From an uncultured Candidatus Rokubacteria bacterium (lineage in GTDB: Bacteria; Methylomirabilota; Methylomirabilia; Rokubacteriales; CSP1-6), in NCBI GenBank assembly GCA_963771355.1, contig CAVYTA010000006.1:1344001-1408000 (forward strand): 64,000 nucleotides of DNA, read 5' to 3'. Numbering within the stretch: the first letter of the stretch is position 1; each line of letters opens with the position of its first letter. The position numbers and the translations under genes are program-made. Shown piece by piece: positions 18,644 to 28,374 of the stretch. Under the pieces are notes generated by a model. That model saw nothing but the letters and a program-made list of their open reading frames with translations. It did no database searches and was not told where the DNA came from.

Positions 18644-19990
18644 CTAGTCCTTGAACTGGGACTTCAGCTTGCGCAGGTGCAGCCGCGCCACGTCCACCCA
18701 GTCCTTTTCCGCCGGCAGCGGGCCGGCGAGCGCGATGTACCGTTCCCACAAGGAGATGGCCTCCTTGGGATCCACCTTCTCGTAGACCAGGGCCAGGTTG
18801 TACAGGGCGCCCGTATTCTTGTCGTCCTGCTCGACCACCTTGCGGTATTCGCCGATCGCGTCCTGGTACAGTCCCTTGTCCTCGTAGACCTCGGCCAGCC
18901 CCATCCGCGCCTCCACGTAGCGCGGATCCAGCTCCACCGCCTTCTTGTAGGCAGTGACCGCCTCGAAGTAGAGCTGCTTCTCGCCGTAGTAGATCTTGCC
19001 CAGGCTCACATACACGCGCGGATTGAGCGGGTTGTGCACGAGCGCCTTCTGATAGGCGCTGACCGCCCCGTTCACGTTGCCCTTGGCGGCACTGGCGTCC
19101 CCGAGCCCCGCGTAGGCGTCGGCGAAGTAGGGCCGCAGCTCGAGCGCCTTGTTGTACGCCTCGATGGCCTGATCGAAGAGCCGGCGGGGCGCGGTCAGGA
19201 AGAGATCGCCGAGGGCTTTGTAGGGCTCGGGATAGGTCGGGTCCAGCTGGGTGGAGGCACGGAACTGCGCCGCCGCCTTCCAGCGATTGCCCAGCGTCTG
19301 GTGGACGACGCCCAGCCCGTACTGGGACACCACGAACTGCGGATCGAGCTCCACCGCGCGGCCGAGCAACTCCACCGCCGCCTCGTTGCCTTCCTGGGTG
19401 CCTCGCTGCGTCGACATCTGGCCCTTGATGTAGGCCTCGTACGCGCGGGCGGACCCGGTGGGGGCGGCGTATTTCTGCACGCGCGCCAGCTCCGCGTCGG
19501 TGGCGGGTACCTTGAGGGCACGCAGATACGCGACCGGAATGGTCTTGAGCCGCTCGAGAAGCTCCCCCTCCGGCACCGTCACCGCTTCCAGCGCCCCCTG
19601 GGCGGCCTGATCACCCTTCAGCTCGATGAAGCGGGGCTGGAAGGACAACTCCCCGGCGGTCCGACGGACCTCGCCGTACAGCGCGATGTCGGCGTTCAGC
19701 GCCCGGGCCGCGGACAGGGCGGATTTCTCGCTCCAGAAGTCCGACTGGGGCACCGTCCTGAGGCGCCCGCGGTCGATCTGGACCAGCGCGGGAACCTGGA
19801 TGAGCGCGAGCCCCAGGCTTTCCGCCACCGCCTCGCCCAGCCACTGCTCCTCGCGCCCGAGATCGATCGGTGCAAAGGGCAGCACGAGCACGCTGCGGGG
19901 CTTGGCCGAAGCCGACGAGGCCCCCAGCAGCAGCAGGCCTCCGAGGAGCGCGCTGAGTACCGTCCGGTTAGGGATCGTGCGGAGTCGCAT
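18644..19990 (-). CDS. Secreted TPR protein with N-terminal TolB-N-like domain
   Basis: Signal peptide, VLVLPFA...WLGEAVAESL, then many TPR repeats (AVELDP, ALELRP). Confidence 0.85.
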   Translation of the reverse strand: MRLRTIPNRTVLSALLGGLLLLGASSASAKPRSVLVLPFAPIDLGREEQWLGEAVAESLGLALIQVPALVQIDRGRLRTVPQSDFWSEKSALSAARALNADIALYGEVRRTAGELSFQPRFIELKGDQAAQGALEAVTVPEGELLERLKTIPVAYLRALKVPATDAELARVQKYAAPTGSARAYEAYIKGQMSTQRGTQEGNEAAVELLGRAVELDPQFVVSQYGLGVVHQTLGNRWKAAAQFRASTQLDPTYPEPYKALGDLFLTAPRRLFDQAIEAYNKALELRPYFADAYAGLGDASAAKGNVNGAVSAYQKALVHNPLNPRVYVSLGKIYYGEKQLYFEAVTAYKKAVELDPRYVEARMGLAEVYEDKGLYQDAIGEYRKVVEQDDKNTGALYNLALVYEKVDPKEAISLWERYIALAGPLPAEKDWVDVARLHLRKLKSQFKD

Positions 19991-22900
19991 TTCCGGTCCC
20001 CCCTCGACCCCAGAGCCGTCGCAGGGGCGTCACCACCCGGCTCAGCAGGCCAGGTCCGACGCGCCGGAGCGCGATCTCAGGAATCAGCATCGCCGCCACC
20101 AGGCCCACGAGCCAGGGCCAGAGCTCCAGGGACAGCCGCGACCGCCGCCGGGCCTGCAGGAAGGCGTCGCGGGGCTGTGCGAGCACCCCACCGCCGGTCA
20201 GCTCCGACAGCTCCCGCAACAGCGCCTCGTCCACTCCGAGCTCCTTGAACTCCTGAGAGTACGGTACCACCAGTCCGGCGAGCTGGGAGCCCACCATTTG
20301 CTCGCCCCGGCGCTGGGACATGGCGACGAGGTACACGCCCTCCCGCGCGGCGGGGAAGCGCCCGCGATAGCGGCCGGGTCCCACCTGCTCGAGCTCCACC
20401 ACGCTCCGCTGCTTGTCGGGCGCCACCACACCCACCTGGGAATCGAGGAAGTTGATGAACTCCCCCTTGGGATCCACCGCGTCCACCACGATCTCGCCGG
20501 TCTCGTCGTTCCGCTGCACCGCGGCGACGGTGTCGCTGCGCGTCCCCGTGCGCAGCGTCCAGCGCGTGAGCTGCGACCAGAACTTGTTGAACCCGCCCCA
20601 GCGCATCCAGAGCACTGCCCACTTCGCCTTGGCGTCCGACGTGAAGGCCGCGGTGCGGCCGAGGCCGTAGCGCCAGGTGGCGAGCAGCGGATCTTCCTGA
20701 TGCGTGAGCAGGACCATGTCCGCGGTGCCCTTGAGCGAGGTGGCCACGTAGCCGCCCAGCGGCGGCGCGTTCTTCCAGTCGATGTCCTGGATGGCCTCGT
20801 GCGCGGGCGAGCCCACCGACGCCTTGAAGGGCTGCTCCACCAGCGAAGCCTTGGAAGCCAGCTGCGTCTCCAGCGTGAAGATGCGCGGGATGGTGGTGTC
20901 GTCCTCCGTGTAGTAGAAGCGCCCGCGCCCCCATTTCGCGATGTCGAACATGAGCTGGGCATCGGCGTCCTTGCCGATGGCCACCGAGGACACCGTGATC
21001 TTGTCCTTGGCCATTCGCCGGACGAGGCCGGAGAAGTCGCCGCGGGTCATCTGCCCGTCGGAGAGGAAGATCACGTGCTTGAGCAGGGCGGACCGCTCGA
21101 AGAGTACCTGGTACGACTCCTTGAGCGCGGGATAGCCGTCCGTCCCGCCGCCCGCCTTGATCGTCGAGATGGCCTGATGGACGGTCCCCTTGTCGCGCGC
21201 CGGACGGACAGCCGAGTCCCAGATGAACTCGGTGTCCCAGCTCATGATGCCGACCTCGTTCCGCTCGTCGAGGAGGTCCACCACGAGGTGCGCGGCCTCC
21301 TTGGCGATGTCGAGCTTGGTGACCCTGGAGTCGGTGGTCATGGCCATGGAGCCCGACCGGTCGATGGACAGCACCACCGCGAGGCTCGGGATCTCGAGCT
21401 TCTGCTTCACCTCCATGGTCACCGGCAGGGCTTCCTCGATGGGGGTGCGGTAGTAGCCGCCCAGTCCGAAGCTTTCCTCGCCCCCCAGCATGATGAGCCC
21501 GCCGCCCTGGTCGCGCACGTAGTCCCGGATGTTCTCCATCTGCTTCTTGGTCATCTTCAGCGACGAGACGTTGGACAGGATGATCCCGTCGTATTTCTGC
21601 AGCCCCGCCATGTCCTTGGGGATTCGGTCCGGCTCCACCACCTCCACGTCCACGTGCTGGGCGCGCAGGGCGGCGGCAAGCGTCTGGCCCTGCGCCCGAT
21701 CCTTCTCCGCCAGGAGTACCTGCGGCCGGCCGCGCACCACCACCGTCCCCACCGAGCGATTGTTCTCGTCGATGGTGTCGCCCTCGACCTCGATCGCCGC
21801 CTGATAGACGTGGATGCCGCTCTGCTCCAGCGCCTGTCGATAGGTGTAGACGTTCTTGCCCGCGGTCATGCGCACGACCTGTGAGCCGAGGAACTCCCCA
21901 TTTCGGTAGAGGGACAGGCGCCCCTGGGTGTCGGCCTGGCTCCACGCCACCACCTTGGCCTGGAAGGGCTCGCCGAACTTCACCTCCACCGGCAGCACCA
22001 TGGACTCCACCACCACTTCCTGCTTGAAGGTGAGCGGAGCGGGAACGTAGTAGACGTCGGCGCCCGCGTCCTTGGCCGCCTGCGCCACCGCGAGGGCATT
22101 GCCCGCGTTCTGGCGCCCGTCGGTCAGGAGCACGAAGCGGTTGGCGTGGCCGGGGGGCGCGGTGGCCAGCGCCAGCTGCAGCGCCTGGGCGAGATTGGTC
22201 CCCCGCCCACCCACCTGCACCTGCGGGCGATCGAGCTTCGACGAGGGCTTGAGCGCCTGATCCACCACCGCCTCGTCGCCGAAGACGATGAGGCCGGCCT
22301 GGTCCCCCGGCTGCAGCGACTGCGCGGCCTGGGCGGCGAAGCGGAAGGCGTTCTCACGCGCGGCGAGGCTCACGCTGTCCGAGACGTCCAGGAGGAACAG
22401 TACGTTCAGCCGGTCCACCCAGCGAGGCACGGTGGGCCGCGCGAGGGCAACCACCAGCACTGCCAGGAGCACGCAGCGCAAGCCCAGGGCCCAGCGCTCG
22501 CCTGCGGTGAACGGCAGCACCAGCCGCCCCCCGGTCTGGCGCCGCCAGTAGAGAAAGCCTTCCAGGGCGAACACCGCCAGCGCGAAGAGGACGAAGTACG
22601 GCCAGAGCTCACGCTGCACGGGAACGGGGGCCGCCTCCGGCCGCGCGCCCTCCACGAAAGTGGGCACGGGCCGCGGAGTGAGATCCGACTCGTCCCCGGT
22701 CCCGATGTTGACCGCCACCCGCGTCTCGCCGCGGGAGGTGGTCACCCGGTACACGCCCACCTCGTCCGTCTCCGTGTAGCTGGCGAGCCCGCGGGTGACC
22801 TGGGCCTGGACCACGCGCCCGGAGGGCGTCTTCACGGTGGCGCTCGTCACCCCGTGCTCGACGGGAAGCAGGATGGACTGCCCGGTGGCGAGCTGGAGGC

Positions 22901-24365
22901 TCGACTGGTCCAGTCCCGCCGGGTGCAGCCAGCGCAGGCTCTTCGACAGCATGAGCGGGAAGGCCACCCGCAGCGGGAAGTCCGAGCGGAACAGGTCGAA
23001 GCCGAAGAACACCGCCTTCCGATCGCGCTCCTCGAGGAGATAGATGAGCGGGCCGCCCTGCGCCTCCACGAGCGTCTTCCCGGGCGCGAGGGGCCGCACT
23101 CGCATCGCCTCCTCGATGGCCACCTTGGCGAAGTCGATCTGCCGCATGATCGGGTGGTTGCGGTCCCAGTCCATGATCACGGGCGACTCGAGCCGGCCCA
23201 GCACCTCGATGGGCACATCGCCGGGGGCGGCGTTGACCAGCACGAAGCGCCCGTTCCCGACGCGGGCCGGATTCACCCCGTCCACCACCACCACGTCGAA
23301 GCTCTCCATGCCGCCCTGATACGCGTCCGGTGTCCGCACCTCGAGCTTCACCTGCGGGTCGGTCTTGAGCACCTTCTCGAGGAAGAGGTTGCCCGGGCTC
23401 ACCAGGAGGACGGCGATGTCGCGCGGCGGCGGAATCACCGCGTAGGCGGCGTTGTCGGCCTCGAGGTCGTCCGACACGTTGAGCCGCGCCCGCACCACGC
23501 CGCCGCCGGGGTGGCTGAAGGGCAGCACCACCGCGCGGCGGACGTTCGGCTCGAGCGTGAGCGACTTCTCGGCGATGAGATCGTTGTCCAGGTGCAGGGT
23601 GAAGGAGAGGGACTGCGTCTCGCCGGAGAAGTTCACCACCGAGAGGAAGGCCTGGGAGTCGAAGGCCCCGAAGTAGTTCCGCCGGACGGCGAGATTGGTG
23701 ATGGCCACGTTGCGCCCGCGCTGCCCCACCGCCGTCCAGCGCACGCGGACATCGTCGCCCTGCCCCTTCACCGCCTCCGGGTGCGCGCCGTCGGTGAAGA
23801 CGTGGATCTCCGCGCGCGCGTCGGGTCCCACCAGGGCCCGCGCGGTGCGGATGCCGTCCCCCAGCCGGTTCGGCAGGTCGCGGGCGTGCGCCCCGCGCAC
23901 CGCCCCCACCACCTCGTTGCGGTCGCGCGTGAAGGGCGCGAGCACCTTGGGCTGCACCCCCGCCTCGATCACCATGACCTCGGCGCCCTCGCCGAGGCGG
24001 CTCACCAGGCCGAGGGCCTCGCGCTGGGCGTGCGCGAACCGTGAGGGCGAGAGGTCGGTGGCCTTCATGGAGGCCGAGGTGTCGAGCACCACCACCACCC
24101 GCTTGGCCCCGTACCCGCTCACCGTCACGACCGGCCGGGCCAGCGCGAGGGTGAGCGCGATGAGAGCCAAGATCTGCAGCAGCATCAGCGGGTCGCGCTG
24201 GAGGCGCTGGAAGAAGGCGGAGGCCTCGCGGTCACGCAGGGCGGGGTCCCAGAGGAGGAGGCTCGACACCCGCTGCGGCCGGCGCCGCACCTTCAAGAAA
24301 TAGAGAAGCAGGAGCGGGACCGCGAGGGTCGCGAGCAGGAGCGAGAGCGGCGAGAGGAAGCTCAT
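19968..24365 (-). CDS. Large membrane protein with BatA N-terminus, three VWA domains and GATase1-like segments
   Basis: MSFLSPL...LLLYFLK...VSSLLLW BatA motif; MIDAS-like DTSASM, DVSDSV and DRSGSM; YDGIILSNV...GGGLIMLGGEESFGLGGY. Confidence 0.87.
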   Translation of the reverse strand: MSFLSPLSLLLATLAVPLLLLYFLKVRRRPQRVSSLLLWDPALRDREASAFFQRLQRDPLMLLQILALIALTLALARPVVTVSGYGAKRVVVVLDTSASMKATDLSPSRFAHAQREALGLVSRLGEGAEVMVIEAGVQPKVLAPFTRDRNEVVGAVRGAHARDLPNRLGDGIRTARALVGPDARAEIHVFTDGAHPEAVKGQGDDVRVRWTAVGQRGRNVAITNLAVRRNYFGAFDSQAFLSVVNFSGETQSLSFTLHLDNDLIAEKSLTLEPNVRRAVVLPFSHPGGGVVRARLNVSDDLEADNAAYAVIPPPRDIAVLLVSPGNLFLEKVLKTDPQVKLEVRTPDAYQGGMESFDVVVVDGVNPARVGNGRFVLVNAAPGDVPIEVLGRLESPVIMDWDRNHPIMRQIDFAKVAIEEAMRVRPLAPGKTLVEAQGGPLIYLLEERDRKAVFFGFDLFRSDFPLRVAFPLMLSKSLRWLHPAGLDQSSLQLATGQSILLPVEHGVTSATVKTPSGRVVQAQVTRGLASYTETDEVGVYRVTTSRGETRVAVNIGTGDESDLTPRPVPTFVEGARPEAAPVPVQRELWPYFVLFALAVFALEGFLYWRRQTGGRLVLPFTAGERWALGLRCVLLAVLVVALARPTVPRWVDRLNVLFLLDVSDSVSLAARENAFRFAAQAAQSLQPGDQAGLIVFGDEAVVDQALKPSSKLDRPQVQVGGRGTNLAQALQLALATAPPGHANRFVLLTDGRQNAGNALAVAQAAKDAGADVYYVPAPLTFKQEVVVESMVLPVEVKFGEPFQAKVVAWSQADTQGRLSLYRNGEFLGSQVVRMTAGKNVYTYRQALEQSGIHVYQAAIEVEGDTIDENNRSVGTVVVRGRPQVLLAEKDRAQGQTLAAALRAQHVDVEVVEPDRIPKDMAGLQKYDGIILSNVSSLKMTKKQMENIRDYVRDQGGGLIMLGGEESFGLGGYYRTPIEEALPVTMEVKQKLEIPSLAVVLSIDRSGSMAMTTDSRVTKLDIAKEAAHLVVDLLDERNEVGIMSWDTEFIWDSAVRPARDKGTVHQAISTIKAGGGTDGYPALKESYQVLFERSALLKHVIFLSDGQMTRGDFSGLVRRMAKDKITVSSVAIGKDADAQLMFDIAKWGRGRFYYTEDDTTIPRIFTLETQLASKASLVEQPFKASVGSPAHEAIQDIDWKNAPPLGGYVATSLKGTADMVLLTHQEDPLLATWRYGLGRTAAFTSDAKAKWAVLWMRWGGFNKFWSQLTRWTLRTGTRSDTVAAVQRNDETGEIVVDAVDPKGEFINFLDSQVGVVAPDKQRSVVELEQVGPGRYRGRFPAAREGVYLVAMSQRRGEQMVGSQLAGLVVPYSQEFKELGVDEALLRELSELTGGGVLAQPRDAFLQARRRSRLSLELWPWLVGLVAAMLIPEIALRRVGPGLLSRVVTPLRRLWGRGGTGNATPHDP

Positions 24366-25255
24366 CCGACCAGGAATCCCTTGAGCTGACGGAGCATGAA
24401 CTCCTCCACCGGAGTATCGGTCACCACCCGGTGATAGCCGATTTCGTTTGCGCGGCAGAAAGCCTCGGCCCTCTCGAGGAACTCCCGCAGCCGCTGCCGG
24501 TACACGCGCAGCGCGTCCGCGTCGAGGGTGAGGTCGCGTGTCTCGCCCGTCTCGGCGTCCTCCAGCCGCAAGTCCCCGCCCCAGCCCGGATTCATCTCCT
24601 CCGCCGCCAACAGGTGGATCACGTGCACGTCGTGACGGCGCTCCAGCAGCCCGCGGAGCCCGCGCTCATAGCCGCCCGGGTCCATGAGATCCGAGATGAG
24701 GACGGCGAGCCCGGCCTCGCGGGTGCGCAGACGCCACGCGGCGAGGCCCTCGTTGAGCGAGGTCCCGCCGGCCGGCCGGACGCGAGACAGGAAATCCAGG
24801 AGCGGCAGCACCTGGCCGCGGCCCCGGGTCGGGCTCCAGCCCTCGGCGATGCGCTCTCGCACCACGCCCACCCCGACGCGCTCGAGGTTCACCAGGCCGA
24901 CGAAGCCCAGCGCCGCCGCCAGTCGCGCGCCGTAGTCAAGCTTGCTCGGCGCGCCGAAGCTCATGGAGGCGGAGGCATCGAGGAGGAGGTTCAAACAGAG
25001 ATCTTCCTCGTCCACGAAGAGCTTGACGTAGAGCCGGTCGAGCCGCGCGTAGATGTTCCAGTCCACGTAGCGAAGGTCGTCGCCGTGTCCGTACGGGCGG
25101 TAGTCGGAGAACTCGACGCTGATGCCCTTGCGGGGGCTGCGCCGCTCGCCCTTGACCCGGCCGCGGAACGCCCGGCGCGACAGCAGCGCCAATCGCTCCA
25201 GCTGCGCGAGGAAGTCCGCGGAGAGGAGCTCCTGCCCGCGGGAGGCGATCGGCAC
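24362..25255 (-). CDS. DUF58 domain protein
   Basis: EFSDYRPYGHGDDLRYVDWNIYAR...LYVKLF...LLDASASM. Confidence 0.92.
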   Translation of the reverse strand: MPIASRGQELLSADFLAQLERLALLSRRAFRGRVKGERRSPRKGISVEFSDYRPYGHGDDLRYVDWNIYARLDRLYVKLFVDEEDLCLNLLLDASASMSFGAPSKLDYGARLAAALGFVGLVNLERVGVGVVRERIAEGWSPTRGRGQVLPLLDFLSRVRPAGGTSLNEGLAAWRLRTREAGLAVLISDLMDPGGYERGLRGLLERRHDVHVIHLLAAEEMNPGWGGDLRLEDAETGETRDLTLDADALRVYRQRLREFLERAEAFCRANEIGYHRVVTDTPVEEFMLRQLKGFLVG

Positions 25256-25259
25256 GGGG

Positions 25260-26732
25260 CTACTTCTCGTCCAGTGACTGGAAGTACTGCTTGACCTGGC
25301 TCTGGTAGTCCCGCGGCACCTGCTCGCGGGCGATGGCCTCTTCCATCATCTTGCGGTACTGGCCCACCACGCCGAGGTACTGAAGCCGCGACGGCGTATT
25401 GGCCCCCTTGCCGAGGAGATTGGTGTCCATGCCTTCCTTGCGGCCCGGCCGCGACTGCCCCTCGACGCCCACGTCGAAGGGATTGGCGCGCAGCCGCTGG
25501 GTGGGATCGCCCTTGGGGTTGCCGCTCTTGCCTTTGCCCGGAAACAGCCCCTCGCCCTCGGGGAAGTCGCCCTCGTCCCCCGGCCCCGGCTGGCCCTGCC
25601 CGCGCTGATTCCCCCGCTGGCCGCCGCGCCGCTCGCTCTCGCGGCCGCCGCGAAGCCCCTTGCCGTCGGAGCCCTTTTCCTCCATGGAGCGGAGCTTGTT
25701 CAGCGCGCGCTCCATGGCGTCCATGGCCTTGTCGCTCTGCCCCTGCTCGAGGGCTTCCATCCCCTCGCCGATCTCGCCGCTCCAGGGATTCTGGCCGCCG
25801 CCCTTCCGGCCGAGCTTCTCCATCTCGTTCAGCAGCTCGCGCATCTTGTCGGGCGAGAACTGGTTGCCGCCCATGGCCCCGCGCAGCTCTTTCGCCCGCT
25901 GGAACATCGCCTTGCTCTGGCTCTGGGTGAAGTCGCGCTGGAGATCGGGAAGCCGGTCCACCTGCTCGAGCATCCGGATCCGCTCGTCGCCCTTCTTGAC
26001 GAAGGCGTTGAAGTCGGGGCTCTTGGAGCCCAGCGAGGTGTCCTTGAACACGGCGGCGAGATCGCCGGACTGGGTGGGACCGGCGCCGCCCTGGCGGGGC
26101 GCCACCGTGCGCTCCTGCATGTCGGCCCGCGGAAGCGGCTCACGCCGGGTCGCCGCCTTGCGCTCGTCCGACTCGATCTTGCCCCCGCGGTCGGCAGGCT
26201 TGGCCTCGTCCTCCTCCGACTTCGCGGTGAAGTCCGGCAGGCCGGCGGTGGGCAGCGGGATGGGCGGGGCCAGCGCCAGCACCAGCCCCAGGGCCAGGGG
26301 CAGGGGGACGAGCTTCGCCTCGCGGGGCAGGATCCGCGGCACCACGCGCCGGCCGTCGCGTGCCTCCACGCGCGCCAGGGTGTCGGTCAGCAGCCCATCG
26401 ACCAGCGGCGTGCGCTCCGGATGCTCCGCCCACTCGATCGCGGTGGCGACGCGGTCCTGGAAGCCGAAGCCGCGATCGGCGAGGCGGGCGGCCTCGGTGG
26501 GCGTGACCTTCCGGAAGAAGCCCCAGAGCCCGCCGGCAAGGGCCCCCGCCAGCAGAAGCGCACCGGCGATCACGAAGGCCAGCGCGCCCAGCGACTCGCG
26601 AAACACCAGCGGGACGGCGGCCGCCACCGCCCCGGCGAACAGGCCGCGAAGCGCCCAGAATTCGGCGCGCCGCATGCGCACCTCGCGCATGACCTGCTCC
26701 ACCAGTCGCTCGAGGATCCTCGGATCGGGCAT
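25260..26732 (-). CDS. Membrane-anchored coiled-coil/Gly-rich protein of the MoxR cluster
   Basis: Start MPDPRILERL; three hydrophobic segments, DRVATAIEW, charged and Gly-rich tail ending VPRDYQSQVKQYFQSL. Confidence 0.75.
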   Translation of the reverse strand: MPDPRILERLVEQVMREVRMRRAEFWALRGLFAGAVAAAVPLVFRESLGALAFVIAGALLLAGALAGGLWGFFRKVTPTEAARLADRGFGFQDRVATAIEWAEHPERTPLVDGLLTDTLARVEARDGRRVVPRILPREAKLVPLPLALGLVLALAPPIPLPTAGLPDFTAKSEEDEAKPADRGGKIESDERKAATRREPLPRADMQERTVAPRQGGAGPTQSGDLAAVFKDTSLGSKSPDFNAFVKKGDERIRMLEQVDRLPDLQRDFTQSQSKAMFQRAKELRGAMGGNQFSPDKMRELLNEMEKLGRKGGGQNPWSGEIGEGMEALEQGQSDKAMDAMERALNKLRSMEEKGSDGKGLRGGRESERRGGQRGNQRGQGQPGPGDEGDFPEGEGLFPGKGKSGNPKGDPTQRLRANPFDVGVEGQSRPGRKEGMDTNLLGKGANTPSRLQYLGVVGQYRKMMEEAIAREQVPRDYQSQVKQYFQSLDEK

Positions 26733-26776
26733 CCCGTCCCTCCCCCGTATCGCGGCAGACGCCGGGCGTCCCGCGC

Positions 26777-27814
26777 TTATCGGACGAACGCGTCCTTGCC
26801 GGTGGTGCTCAGCGACTCCGCCGCCTCGACCAGCTGATCGATCAGGGTGTCCGCGTCCACGCCCTCCGCCTCGCCCTCGAAATTCAGGATGAGGCGATGC
26901 CGGATGGCCGGCAGGGCCATGGCGCGGAGATCCTCCACGCTCACGTTGTAGCGGCCCTCGGATAGTGCGCGCACCTTGGCGCCGAGCACCAGGGCCTGCG
27001 CGCCGCGAGGGCTGGCGCCGTAGCGAACGAACCGCCGCGCCGCCTCGGGCGCCCGGTCCCACTGGGGGTGGCTGGCCAGCACGATGTAGGAGGCCAGCTC
27101 GCGCACGTGGGCGGCCAGCGGAACTTCCCGCACGAGCTCGCGGAACGCCATCACCTCGGGCCCGGTCATGACGCGCTGGACCTCGACCTCGCGGGGCCGG
27201 GTGGTCCGGTCGATGATCTCCGTCAGCTCCTCGAGCACGGGATAGCGGACCCGCAGCTTGAAGATGAACCGGTCGAGCTGCGCCTCGGGGAGCGGATACG
27301 TCCCCTCCATCTCGATGGGGTTCTGAGTGGCGAGGACGAAAAAGGGCATGGGCAGCGGATGTGCCGTGCCCGACACGGTGACATTGCCTTCCTGCATCCC
27401 CTCGAGGAGGGCCGACTGCGTCTTGGGCGTGGCGCGGTTCACCTCGTCGGCGAGGAGGATGTGGCCGAAGATGGGGCCCCGCTGGAACTGGAAGTGCTTC
27501 CGCCCGCCCGCGTCCTCCGCGATGATGTTGGTGCCGATGATGTCGCCGGGCATCAGGTCGGGCGTGAACTGGATCCGCGAGAACGTGAGGTCCAGGCACT
27601 CCGATAGGGTCTTGATCAGGAGCGTCTTGCCCAGTCCCGGCACCCCTTCGAGGAGCACGTGGCCGCCGGCGAAGAGCCCGACGAGGACCTGGTTCACCAC
27701 GTCGTCGTGGCCGACGATCACCTTCTGCATCTCCGCGCGGAGCGCCCGGAAGGCCTGGACGAAGGCCTCGACGCGCTGCTCCTGGGTTCCGGACGGCTGC
27801 GGGGACTGCGCCAT
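26777..27814 (-). CDS. moxR: MoxR-family AAA+ ATPase
   Basis: HVLLEGVPGLGKT, RIQFTPDLMPGDIIG, LADEVNRATPKTQSALL, ATQNPIEMEGTYPLPEAQLDRF. Confidence 0.95.
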   Translation of the reverse strand: MAQSPQPSGTQEQRVEAFVQAFRALRAEMQKVIVGHDDVVNQVLVGLFAGGHVLLEGVPGLGKTLLIKTLSECLDLTFSRIQFTPDLMPGDIIGTNIIAEDAGGRKHFQFQRGPIFGHILLADEVNRATPKTQSALLEGMQEGNVTVSGTAHPLPMPFFVLATQNPIEMEGTYPLPEAQLDRFIFKLRVRYPVLEELTEIIDRTTRPREVEVQRVMTGPEVMAFRELVREVPLAAHVRELASYIVLASHPQWDRAPEAARRFVRYGASPRGAQALVLGAKVRALSEGRYNVSVEDLRAMALPAIRHRLILNFEGEAEGVDADTLIDQLVEAAESLSTTGKDAFVR

Positions 27815-27866
27815 GAAGAGCCCCTTTCCCGAACTGGTGATGGGGAGGCCGACTGAAATTTGACCC

Positions 27867-27895
27867 ATCATATGGGTGGTTCCCCGACCCGTCAA
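27867..27895 (-). promoter_or_regulatory. sigma70-like promoter of the moxR operon
   Basis: TTGACG-17-TATGAT; the -10 lies within the inverted repeat ACCCAT-cat-ATGGGT (27863-27877). Confidence 0.65.
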
Positions 27896-28097
27896 CCCGA
27901 TGCGCGGTAGGGACGCCGAAAAGCTGCCCCTACTGCGCACCAGAAAGGGAGAAAATCCCGGCCGGCCGGAAGCGCCGCGCCCCGGAACGACGTCTCAAGA
28001 GGCAGGAACGGGGAGTGGGGCCTGTGTTAAGGTGACTTCCGCGTACACGGGCGCGAACGGGCCGATCGCGATCGGCAAACCCTCAACGGGGAGAGCG

Positions 28098-28349
28098 ATG
28101 CCGGAGCAGCCGATGAACCTGGACTGCCGCGAATGCATGGACCTCCTGTGCGACTACGTGGACGGGAGCCTTCCGAAGCATCAGGCCGAGCTCCTCGAGT
28201 GGCATCTGGAAGGGTGCTCGCCGTGCGTGACCTTCGTGAATACCTATAAGGGGACGGTGGACGCGGCCCGGCGGCTCCGCGAGACCACGCTCCCCCCCGA
28301 GCTGCAGCAGAAGCTCGTCGCCTTCCTCAAGCGCTCCGCGCGCGCCTAG
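28098..28349 (+). CDS. Stand-alone zf-HC2 (ZAS) anti-sigma-like protein
   Basis: LDCRECMDLLCDYVDG...HLEGCSPC (HxxxCxxC); GGGGAG SD. Confidence 0.85.
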   Translation: MPEQPMNLDCRECMDLLCDYVDGSLPKHQAELLEWHLEGCSPCVTFVNTYKGTVDAARRLRETTLPPELQQKLVAFLKRSARA

Positions 28350-28374
28350 CCCTCCGGCGCACGATCCGCCGCCC

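Noticed and set aside
27960..28090. c-di-AMP or c-di-GMP riboswitch (contains GGAACGGGG)
   Set aside because: The other conserved elements of these aptamers could not be found.
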